NCBI RefSeq assembly: GCF_018398935.1
Contig: NZ_CP074694.1
Span: 4,140,001 to 4,172,000, forward strand
From: Telmatocola sphagniphila
GTDB taxonomy: Bacteria > Planctomycetota > Planctomycetia > Gemmatales > Gemmataceae
Length of the DNA stretch: 32,000 nt
Direction: 5' to 3'
The notes under the pieces: generated by a model
What the model was told of the DNA's origin: nothing
What the model saw: only the letters and a program-made list of their open reading frames with translations
Databases searched by the model: none
Shown: one piece after another, positions 18,922-26,395 of the stretch
Numbering within the stretch: position 1 is the first letter of the stretch
How the letters are laid out: each line of letters starts with the position of its first letter
Program-made: the position numbers and the translations under genes

Positions 18922-19266
18922 TCAATCCGGGTCTTCCAGCAGATCGTGCAGTGATTTCGGGGCGTTGTTCCGCCAGGCGTGAAGAAGCGCCGTTCTCAAA
19001 TCAGCCACCTTGACTGATTTCAGGTGAACTCGTGTGGCTCCTTTCAATCCCCAGCCTCCCGGCACCGGTTGAAAGGCCTTCGGGGAGGAAGCTACAAATC
19101 GTGCTTGTTGTTTGGGATTGAGTTTCACCATTGCGAACGTTTCGTCCGGATAGCCGAGGGTGGCAAAGATCTTTCCCTTCACCCGGAAGTCCGGGTGATT
19201 CATATGAGACGATTCGCTGGTCTCCGGCAGGGTCAGAGCCAGCTTGCGGAATTTGTCGGGAGTCAT
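18922..19266 (-). CDS. MmcQ/YjbR family DNA-binding protein
   Basis: 114-aa ORF. LALTLPETSESSHMNHPDFRVKGKIFATL matches the YjbR-family N-terminal signature. Confidence 0.85.
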   Translation of the reverse strand: MTPDKFRKLALTLPETSESSHMNHPDFRVKGKIFATLGYPDETFAMVKLNPKQQARFVASSPKAFQPVPGGWGLKGATRVHLKSVKVADLRTALLHAWRNNAPKSLHDLLEDPD

Positions 19267-19411
19267 GTTCTGAAGGTACCGGTCCCCAAGAGGCTTGTCA
19301 AATTCTGGTCCAGAAGATCGCTATCAGACACCTATTTGATTGGGTATCCATACAAAATCCTTGAGATCTTGATCGGACAGATATCTTGAATTGAGGAAGG
19401 TTTACGACCGG

Positions 19412-20827
19412 ATGTCGATCGGCACTCTCGCTGGCAAGGATCTGAGACTACTACGACGTGATGCGCGCTCGGCCGTGATACTTTTTGTCATGCCCCTGCT
19501 CTTCGTCGCCGTATTGGGAATGGCCGTCGGCGAAGGGTTTGGTCAAAAACCAGACGATCGCATTCGCATTTCCATTCTGAATCTCGATCAAGGCTTACCC
19601 CCAAACCCCGGCCCTTTCCCCAATCGCGCTTGGTCGGAAATCTTCCTGGATGATCTCTCCAACACGGCCGATCTCCGAATCGAACTGATTCCCACCCGCG
19701 AAGAAGCCGAGGCAATGGTTCGCCAGGGAAAGCGCTCCTGCGTTTTGATTCTGGAGCCGGAATTCAGCGTCCGACTTCACGCCTGTTCGTTCCTGTCTAA
19801 AACCGACCCTCCCGAGTTACCCCCTTTGAATCCGCTCTATCGGGATGGGGTGAATGTGAATGAATTGGGACTGACGATCTTGAAAGATCCCACCCAACAG
19901 GTCGCCGCCAGCATCATCGAGCAGGCCGCTCAAGTGACCATGCTGCGGGTTGTAATCCCCTGGATGATCGGGAAAGCCTTCGAGCGGGTTGGGGACGAGA
20001 AATTCATGGCGCGGATGGCCGAGGATATCCCGCTAATGAAACTCGTGCCCGGAAGCGTCCGCAAAGAATTGGGCCCCGGCGTACAGAAAGGTATCGCCAA
20101 GCTTTTCGACCGCTATAACTTCACGGCGAAGACCTGGGCCGGGCTGACCAAGAGTGAGCCTCGGCCCGGTAATCAAGGAAGCTATTCTCCCTATGTCTCG
20201 CAGGATGGCTCCGGCCTCCTGAAGCGAGGCGCTTTACGCTACCAAATCCTGGTTCCCGCCTACACGGTGATGTTTGCTTTTTTTCTGGTTCTGACGGTCG
20301 GCTGGCTGTTCGTGGCCGAGCGCAGACAGGGAACTCTCATCCGACTTCGAGCTGCGCCGATCTATCGCGGAGAAATTCTTCTGGGCAAAATGATCCCCTG
20401 TCTGGTCATCGCGGTCTTTCAGGGCTTTTTTCTTTTGCTTGCCGGAAAAATATTGTTTGGAATGTCCTGGGGCACGCAGCCCTGGGGATTGATTCCAGTG
20501 GTGCTCTCCACCGCTTTCGCAGCAGTCGGTATGTCGATGCTGATTGCGGGACTGGCTCGAACGGAAACGCAGGTCGCTGTTTATGGGACTCTTCTGGTTC
20601 TGGTTCTAGCCGGGATTAGCGGTTCGATGATGCCGCGCGATCTGATGCCGGAAGAGATGAAAAGCTTCAGCTACATCACCCCCCATGCCTGGGCACTGGA
20701 TGCCTATTCGCAACTTCTGGTGAATCCGATTCCCGCCTGGAATGTGATCGGATTATCCTGCGGAGTCTTGTGTCTGTTCGCTTTCGGGTTTATGATGCTG
20801 GCCTGGTGGCGAATCCAATTGGATTAA
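19412..20827 (+). CDS. ABC-2 type transporter permease (YhhJ/YbhS-like, large extracytoplasmic loop after TM1)
   Basis: I prefer the ATG at 19412 (MSIGTLAGKDLRLLRRDARSAVILFVMPLLFVAVLG) to the TTG at 19391. The C-terminal six-TM ABC-2 core is ...ERRQGTLIRLRAAPIYRGEILLGKMIP.... No ATPase gene is adjacent. Confidence 0.85.
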   Translation: MSIGTLAGKDLRLLRRDARSAVILFVMPLLFVAVLGMAVGEGFGQKPDDRIRISILNLDQGLPPNPGPFPNRAWSEIFLDDLSNTADLRIELIPTREEAEAMVRQGKRSCVLILEPEFSVRLHACSFLSKTDPPELPPLNPLYRDGVNVNELGLTILKDPTQQVAASIIEQAAQVTMLRVVIPWMIGKAFERVGDEKFMARMAEDIPLMKLVPGSVRKELGPGVQKGIAKLFDRYNFTAKTWAGLTKSEPRPGNQGSYSPYVSQDGSGLLKRGALRYQILVPAYTVMFAFFLVLTVGWLFVAERRQGTLIRLRAAPIYRGEILLGKMIPCLVIAVFQGFFLLLAGKILFGMSWGTQPWGLIPVVLSTAFAAVGMSMLIAGLARTETQVAVYGTLLVLVLAGISGSMMPRDLMPEEMKSFSYITPHAWALDAYSQLLVNPIPAWNVIGLSCGVLCLFAFGFMMLAWWRIQLD

Positions 20828-20934
20828 AAATTGATGAGCCCGAACTTGGGAGTCCGGCTTTCTATAGCTTATTTTCAACTTCCCCTGGAATAGATGCTCC
20901 CCCATTCCAACAAGTCTTACACCGAGGAGTCTCA

Positions 20935-23900
20935 ATGGTTCACCGCAGAAGAATCGGCTTGGGCTTATGCGTTCTCTTATTTGGATTTCTGAGTTTCGCC
21001 TCGGAAGTCCTCTCGCAACAGGACAAACAGGAAAAAGAAAAAGACAAGGTCCAAGACCAGCAACCGAGCAAGGATAAGAAAACCGAAAAAGCTAAAAATC
21101 CCGATGCGGAAGGCCCCGAAGGCGAGCAGAAAAAAGGGAGGAAGGGCGGTGGGGGAGGCTTCGGCTTCGGTCGCAACAAAGGCGAACCGAAGAAAGATTA
21201 CGGCCCGGGTGCACCGATGCCCCCCGAATTTGTGCGAACGATTTCCTGGCGCTGCCTGGGCCCGGCTGCCATGGGTGGCCGAATTACTGCACTCTCAATT
21301 TTCGAAGCCGACCCAACGACGTACTGGGTCGCCACGGCTTCCGGCGGTCTTCTCAAAACAATCAATAACGGAATCACCTTCGAGCATCAATTCGATCGCG
21401 AGGGCACCGTCAGCATTGGGGATGTGGCCGTGGCTCCCTCCGATCGCAATATCGTCTGGGTTGGTACGGGGGAAGCCAACCCGCGCAATTCCGTCAGCTA
21501 CGGCGATGGCGTCTATAAATCGACCGACGGCGGTAAAACCTGGACCAATATGGGTTTGAAGAAAAGCTTCCAGATCGGGAAGATCGTGATTCATCCCAAG
21601 AACCCCGACATCGTTTATGTCGGCGCACTCGGCCGATGCTACGGGCCCAATGAAGAGCGCGGACTGTTCAAAACTACTGATGGCGGCAAAACCTGGAACA
21701 AGATTCATTACGTCGACGATAAGCACGGCGTCATCGATCTGAAGATGGACCCTACCAATCCAGACACTCTGTATGTGGCGGTCTGGGCCCGACAAAGGGA
21801 TGAGTTCGATAACTACATCGGCGAAACCCTGCCCGATGGTCTGGACAGCTACGATCCTGTATTCAAATGGTCGGAAAAAGCCGGTATCTACAAAACAACC
21901 GATGGTGGTAAGAACTTCAAGAAACTGACGCAGGGACTACCCAGCGGCAAATATGGCCGTGTCGGATTGGATCTCTACCTGAAAGATCCGAAGACCCTGT
22001 TTGCCATCATCGATTGCGACAAAATTGGGATGGGAACCCCGCCCAAAAAAGACAACGCCCCGAAAGAGGCCGCCCCTTATCTCGGCGTTCGTGGGGAAGA
22101 CTCGGAGGATCCGCAAGGCGCCAAGTTGACGAACGTCGTCTCCGGCGGCCCCGCCGACATGGCCGGGTTGAAAATCGAAGACGTCATCACGCAACTCGAT
22201 GGCAAACTGGTCGATTCATACACGACTTTCGTCGAAATTTACCAAAAGCACAAACCGGGCGACAAGCTGAAACTGGCCTACACCAGCAACAACGAAAAGA
22301 AGATGGGCGAAATCACCGTTGGAACTGCTCCTAATCGAGCCGGTGGTGGTGGCGGAGGAGGTGGCGGTGGCCTGGCCAAGGGCGGGAATCCCAAACGGCC
22401 TTATACCGCTTTGTATGCGGGTCAGAGCCCCAACATTCAGGAGGAACAAGGCCCCAATAGCCACGAATATGGTGGCATCTACAAGAGCACCGATGGCGGC
22501 GAAAGCTGGAAACGAATCAACAGTCTCAATCCCCGACCGATGTATTTCAGCGTGATTCGCGTCGATCCCAGCGATGACAAGCATCTCTTTGTTACCGGCG
22601 TCAGCATGTATCACTCCAAAGACGGCGGCAAAACATTTACCTCCGATGCCAGTCGGGGTGTCCATGCCGATCAACATGCCTTGTGGATCGATCCCAAGGA
22701 TGGACGACATATGATCGTCGGCTGCGATGGAGGATTCTACGTCAGCTACGACCGGGCGCAGAATTGGGACCACCTCAACCATATGGCCATAGGCCAGTTC
22801 TACCATGTGGCCGTCAGTCCACAGCAGCCTTACTACGTCTATGGCGGGTTGCAGGATAACGGCTCCTGGGGAGGACCGAGCATCGGACTTAAAGGTGGAA
22901 GCGGACCCATCAACGAAGACTGGCTGAACGTCGGCGGCGGTGATGGCTTCGTGATGCGGGTCGATCAGAACGATCCCGATGTGGTTTATTCGGAAAGTCA
23001 AAACGGCCGCATCTCCTGGCGAAACCTGAAAACTGGCGAACGCGGTAACGTTGCTCCCACGCGCCGTCCCGCCGAGGGTAAGCCGTATCGCTTTAACTGG
23101 AACACTCCTTTTATTCTGAGCAGCTTCAACCAGCGTATCGTTTACTGTGCCGGAGAATATGTCTTCCGTTCCTACAATCGCGGCGAAGGCATGACGGCTA
23201 TTTCCCCGGAAATCACCCGGACTAAACGCGGAAGCGCCACCGCTCTTGCCGAGTCTCCGCTGAAGGCCGATGTGCTCTGGGTGGGTACTGACGACGGGGC
23301 CGTCTGGGTCACCAAAAACGGCGGTAAGGATTGGACGAATGTTACCGAAAAATTCGGCTTGAAGAAACCACTAGGCGTGGCCACTATTGAAGCTTCCCGC
23401 TTCATCGAAGGTCGGGCTTACGTCGCTTTCGATGGTCATCGTTCCGACGACGACGATCCTTATCTGTTCGTTACCGAGGATTACGGCACTACCTGGAAGC
23501 CGATTCGGAATAATCTTCCCATCGGTTCTTCCCGCTGCCTGCGCGAAGATATCGAAAATCCCAACCTGCTCTTCTGCGGCACCGAGTTCTCGATTTTTGC
23601 TTCGACGGATCGCGGCGGCAATTGGGTGAAACTGAATGCCAATCTTCCCACTGTGGCCGTTCACGAAATTGCTTTCCATCCCACTGCGGGGGAAGCGGTC
23701 ATTGCCACACACGGCCGAAGCATATGGATCGCGGATATTTCCGCCCTAAGGCAATTGGCTACAGACGTGATAAAATCGGAAAAACCGGTTTTATTGAAGC
23801 CGAATACGCTCACTCGTTATCCGAGAACGGTCGCCACGGGTGGAACCAATCGTCGCTACGCGGGCGAAAACCCCAAGCCGGGTCTGCCGCTGGTTTACAT

Positions 23901-24204
23901 CCTTCCCAAACGGGCCGAAAAAGTGTCGATAAAAATCTTCGATGTCGAAGGCAAAACGATCAGCGATACCAAGCTTCCGGGATTGGCGGGGATTCACAAA
24001 CAGACCTGGGATGTTTCCAGTAATGGCCGTCCTGTTCCGAGTGGAACCTATCGCGTCGTTCTGCAGGTGGATGACAAGGAATACTCGAAGCTGTTGAAGA
24101 TCGTGGGCGATGCGGCTGCCGGTCCGCGATTTGGTGGCGGCGAGGAAGACGAGGATGAGGATCGGGAAGAAGAAAACGAAATGGAGAAAGATAAGGACAA
24201 GTAA
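20935..24204 (+). CDS. Secreted BNR/Asp-box (sortilin/VPS10-like) beta-propeller protein with inserted PDZ domain and C-terminal Ig-like domain
   Basis: The ATG at 20935 (GAGGAG 6 nt upstream) gives signal peptide MVHRRRIGLGLCVLLFGFLSFASEV. At least 8 Asp-boxes are present (KSTDGGKTW, KTTDGGKTW, KTTDGGKNF, KSTDGGESW, HSKDGGKTF, TKNGGKDW, TEDYGTTW, STDRGGNW). A PDZ-like segment sits at 22078-22323 (...GAKLTNVVSGGPADMAGLKIEDVITQLDG...). A FlgD-Ig-like C-terminus follows (KVSIKIFDVEGKTI...SGTYRVVLQVDD). The track start at 20770 overlaps the upstream gene. Confidence 0.9.
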   Translation: MVHRRRIGLGLCVLLFGFLSFASEVLSQQDKQEKEKDKVQDQQPSKDKKTEKAKNPDAEGPEGEQKKGRKGGGGGFGFGRNKGEPKKDYGPGAPMPPEFVRTISWRCLGPAAMGGRITALSIFEADPTTYWVATASGGLLKTINNGITFEHQFDREGTVSIGDVAVAPSDRNIVWVGTGEANPRNSVSYGDGVYKSTDGGKTWTNMGLKKSFQIGKIVIHPKNPDIVYVGALGRCYGPNEERGLFKTTDGGKTWNKIHYVDDKHGVIDLKMDPTNPDTLYVAVWARQRDEFDNYIGETLPDGLDSYDPVFKWSEKAGIYKTTDGGKNFKKLTQGLPSGKYGRVGLDLYLKDPKTLFAIIDCDKIGMGTPPKKDNAPKEAAPYLGVRGEDSEDPQGAKLTNVVSGGPADMAGLKIEDVITQLDGKLVDSYTTFVEIYQKHKPGDKLKLAYTSNNEKKMGEITVGTAPNRAGGGGGGGGGGLAKGGNPKRPYTALYAGQSPNIQEEQGPNSHEYGGIYKSTDGGESWKRINSLNPRPMYFSVIRVDPSDDKHLFVTGVSMYHSKDGGKTFTSDASRGVHADQHALWIDPKDGRHMIVGCDGGFYVSYDRAQNWDHLNHMAIGQFYHVAVSPQQPYYVYGGLQDNGSWGGPSIGLKGGSGPINEDWLNVGGGDGFVMRVDQNDPDVVYSESQNGRISWRNLKTGERGNVAPTRRPAEGKPYRFNWNTPFILSSFNQRIVYCAGEYVFRSYNRGEGMTAISPEITRTKRGSATALAESPLKADVLWVGTDDGAVWVTKNGGKDWTNVTEKFGLKKPLGVATIEASRFIEGRAYVAFDGHRSDDDDPYLFVTEDYGTTWKPIRNNLPIGSSRCLREDIENPNLLFCGTEFSIFASTDRGGNWVKLNANLPTVAVHEIAFHPTAGEAVIATHGRSIWIADISALRQLATDVIKSEKPVLLKPNTLTRYPRTVATGGTNRRYAGENPKPGLPLVYILPKRAEKVSIKIFDVEGKTISDTKLPGLAGIHKQTWDVSSNGRPVPSGTYRVVLQVDDKEYSKLLKIVGDAAAGPRFGGGEEDEDEDREEENEMEKDKDK

Positions 24205-24227
24205 TTCCTTTTTTCGCTCCGGAGTAA

Positions 24228-24274
24228 CGCCGGGGACGCGGAGAAATTTCTGTTTCTTCGACTCGTCCCCGGCG
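24228..24274 (+). terminator. Hairpin 24 nt after the BNR-protein stop (candidate terminator)
   Basis: Perfect 11-bp inverted repeat: cgccggggacg (24228-24238) and cgtccccggcg (24264-24274). The 25-nt loop contains the palindrome gaaatttc. It is followed by cttt. Confidence 0.4.
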
Positions 24275-24542
24275 CTTTGATTGGCTCATTTCTCAGCAAA
24301 AATCAGAAATTAACGATTCTGTCGAAGTGTCCCACTTGCGCGTCTGCGCTGGGTTTGCTAGGCTACGAACTGCGCGCTCCAGTCGGCGTCGAAGGTGGGT
24401 ACGAACCGATAGATGATCCAATTGCAAATGTTTGTCTAGCTTTCCTGTATTACCGCGATCAGTCTATTTCGCTTAACCGTTTCAACCCGAAGCGAGTTAG
24501 GACAAAATGAAGTTTTTCAGTAAAGATCGGGATACAGCTTCG

Positions 24543-24571
24543 TTGACACCTTTTTACAATCGACGTAGACT
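24543..24571 (+). promoter_or_regulatory. Sigma-70-like promoter candidate upstream of the hydrolase-fold gene
   Basis: TTGACA (24543-24548), a 17-nt spacer, then TAGACT (24566-24571), about 160 nt upstream of the ATG at 24734. This is pattern matching only, and planctomycete promoter rules are poorly known. Confidence 0.3.
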
Positions 24572-24733
24572 TGCCGCGAATTGGAACGGGAACACGAAAC
24601 GGAAGTCTTGAACGGGTCAGTTTGCCGCGAGCGTAACTCGCAACCCGGCGAGGCGGATCGATGGCAAACGGCTCATCAGAAAAGACCCCCCAATGACTGT
24701 AAAAGTCTGGTGGGATTACAAAAGGTTGTCACA

Positions 24734-25480
24734 ATGCCGCGCAGTCCGATTTCTCTGCAAACACGGCCAATCGAAGGTTTTTATGCCTCCGAACTCACGA
24801 AGCCGCAGGTGCTTCCGGTTCGAACATTTCTCCCCACAGGTTACGAACCCAATTATCCCTACCCTCTGATCGTGCTGTTTCACCGACATGGCGGAAACGA
24901 TGATCAAGTGCTGAAAATCGCTCCCCGCTTGAGCCGACGGAACTACATCTGCATCAGTCTTCGCGGCCCTAAAGCTACGGGACTTCGGGAAGATGGACGC
25001 GAAGGTTACAGTTGGGGGGAATCGGGCGAGTTTGACGATTTTATCGAAGAATACATGCTGCGAGCCGTCGAAATGACCCGACGCAGCTACCATGTGCACT
25101 CCGAGCGGATTTTCCTGGCTGGTATCGAAGAAGGGGCTACCCAGGCCTACCGCCTCGGCCTCAAGATGCCCGAGAAGCTCGCAGGGCTGATTTCTCTGAA
25201 CGGCTCATTGCCCAAACCAGTGGAAGGCCAACCCCTCCTGAAGTATCCCGAAATACGTGGTATGCGAACCTTCATCGGTCACGGCAGCCTCAATGAGAAC
25301 ATTTCGATCAACGATGCGAAACGCGATTCTCGGCTCCTTTACAGTGCAGGTCTCGATGTCTCCTTCCAGAGTTACGAGACCAACCATAAACTGCACCCCC
25401 ATATGATGCGGGACCTCAACCGCTGGATCATGGACAACGTTTCCACGGAACTCGATAGCTGGATCGTCGAAGAAGTCTAA
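24734..25480 (+). CDS. Phospholipase/carboxylesterase-fold (alpha/beta-hydrolase) protein with non-canonical triad (probable pseudoenzyme)
   Basis: The ATG at 24734 gives MPRSPISLQTRP...PLIVLFHRHGGNDDQVL. The protein aligns by eye to the APT1/PF02230 layout. The nucleophile elbow reads GIEEG (25121-25135) instead of GxSxG. Confidence 0.85.
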   Translation: MPRSPISLQTRPIEGFYASELTKPQVLPVRTFLPTGYEPNYPYPLIVLFHRHGGNDDQVLKIAPRLSRRNYICISLRGPKATGLREDGREGYSWGESGEFDDFIEEYMLRAVEMTRRSYHVHSERIFLAGIEEGATQAYRLGLKMPEKLAGLISLNGSLPKPVEGQPLLKYPEIRGMRTFIGHGSLNENISINDAKRDSRLLYSAGLDVSFQSYETNHKLHPHMMRDLNRWIMDNVSTELDSWIVEEV

Positions 25481-25506
25481 TCCGTTCCTCTACTCCATAA
25501 CAACTC

Positions 25507-25537
25507 AACGCCAGTCAAAAGACTGGCGTTTTTTTTT
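25507..25537 (+). terminator. Rho-independent terminator
   Basis: The stem is aacgccagtc (25507-25516) and gactggcgtt (25521-25530), a perfect 10 bp with loop aaaa. A 9-T run follows directly. It lies 27 nt after the stop at 25480. Confidence 0.85.
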
Positions 25538-25584
25538 CGTCTGGGGGGATTCCGATTCGCGGGTTTCCTTCCCACTGATCGGCC

Positions 25585-25614
25585 TTGATGAAATAGGCAG
25601 TTTTCCGTTAGGAT
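25585..25614 (+). promoter_or_regulatory. Promoter candidate for the two-gene NTPase cassette
   Basis: TTGATG (25585-25590), an 18-nt spacer, then TAGGAT (25609-25614). It is followed by the strong SD GGAGG (25632-25636), 8 nt before the TTG start at 25645. Pattern matching only. Confidence 0.25.
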
Positions 25615-25644
25615 GCCGGAGCGAACTTCAGGGAGGAACCTCGC

Positions 25645-26355
25645 TTGGCCGACAGGGCAACGAAGCTGATTCTGGATGCGCTCACCCGCGCCAGCACCGA
25701 ACCGGATGGGATGCCGCTCTTTTCGAGCAAGTCCGAAGAGGGGTTATTTCCTTCCACGGCCGTTGCTAAAACTACGGCCGAACGCTGCCGGGAAGACGGT
25801 CTTTTCACTTTTCAAACCTCTTCGGGTAATCGGGAAGTTGCCACACTGAGCGAAAAAGGTCTGCAATATCTCCTCCACCACAGCAATCCGCGACAGGTGC
25901 TGGAAGATTTCGTGCGGATTCTCGAACAGCGCCAGCGGGAAGTGGACAGCATAAGCAATCATCTGCTGGGACTAAAAAAGACTATCGAGGGAATGCATTC
26001 CACGCTGCGAGAATTGAAGGTCAGATTCAGCACACCTTCCTCCGGCACGAACGGACATGTTGCAAAACTGCTGGAAAAATCGGACGATGCCGTCGAGACG
26101 CAACAGATCCTTCTTAAAAACTTGCAAGCCTGGCGAAATGAAAACGCCGCTCAGGATATTCCGTTACCGAAGCTGTATCAACAAACTATGAGCGAGCCCG
26201 ATAAGCTGGGCGCTTTCCATGATGCTTTGCGTAAGCTGCACGAACAGGGCAAGATTGCTTTGCACCCCTGGACCGGTCCGTTATACGCACTTCCGGAACC
26301 CGCTTTCGCCTTGCTCATTGGCCATGAAATCGCGTATTACGCCAACGTCATTTAG
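25645..26355 (+). CDS. Hypothetical helical protein, possibly winged-helix-like N- and C-terminal domains joined by a coiled coil
   Basis: 236-aa ORF with a TTG start supported by GGAGG at 8-nt spacing. The N-terminus is ...AVAKTTAERCREDGLFTFQTSSGNREVATLSEKGLQYLL. The central heptad-like region is QREVDSISNHLLGLKKTIEGMHSTLRELK. The C-terminus is ...LGAFHDALRKLHEQGKIALHPWTG.... I recognise no family. The next gene starts 40 nt downstream. Confidence 0.7.
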   Translation: MADRATKLILDALTRASTEPDGMPLFSSKSEEGLFPSTAVAKTTAERCREDGLFTFQTSSGNREVATLSEKGLQYLLHHSNPRQVLEDFVRILEQRQREVDSISNHLLGLKKTIEGMHSTLRELKVRFSTPSSGTNGHVAKLLEKSDDAVETQQILLKNLQAWRNENAAQDIPLPKLYQQTMSEPDKLGAFHDALRKLHEQGKIALHPWTGPLYALPEPAFALLIGHEIAYYANVI

Positions 26356-26395
26356 AAGAAGCTGAAATCGATCTTCATCAGGGAGGATGCAGATT

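Noticed and set aside
22341-22370. GGN-rich DNA encoding nine glycines, considered as a possible slipped-strand or phase-variable tract.
   Set aside because: The codons are mixed (ggt/ggc/gga), so there is no perfect short tandem DNA repeat. The tract is in-frame low complexity rather than a contingency locus.
24277-24510. 77-aa TTG-start ORF in the spacer after the BNR gene, and a 20-codon ATG ORF at 24508.
   Set aside because: Neither has an SD or a recognisable motif. The first overlaps the terminator-like hairpin region. They are most likely non-coding.
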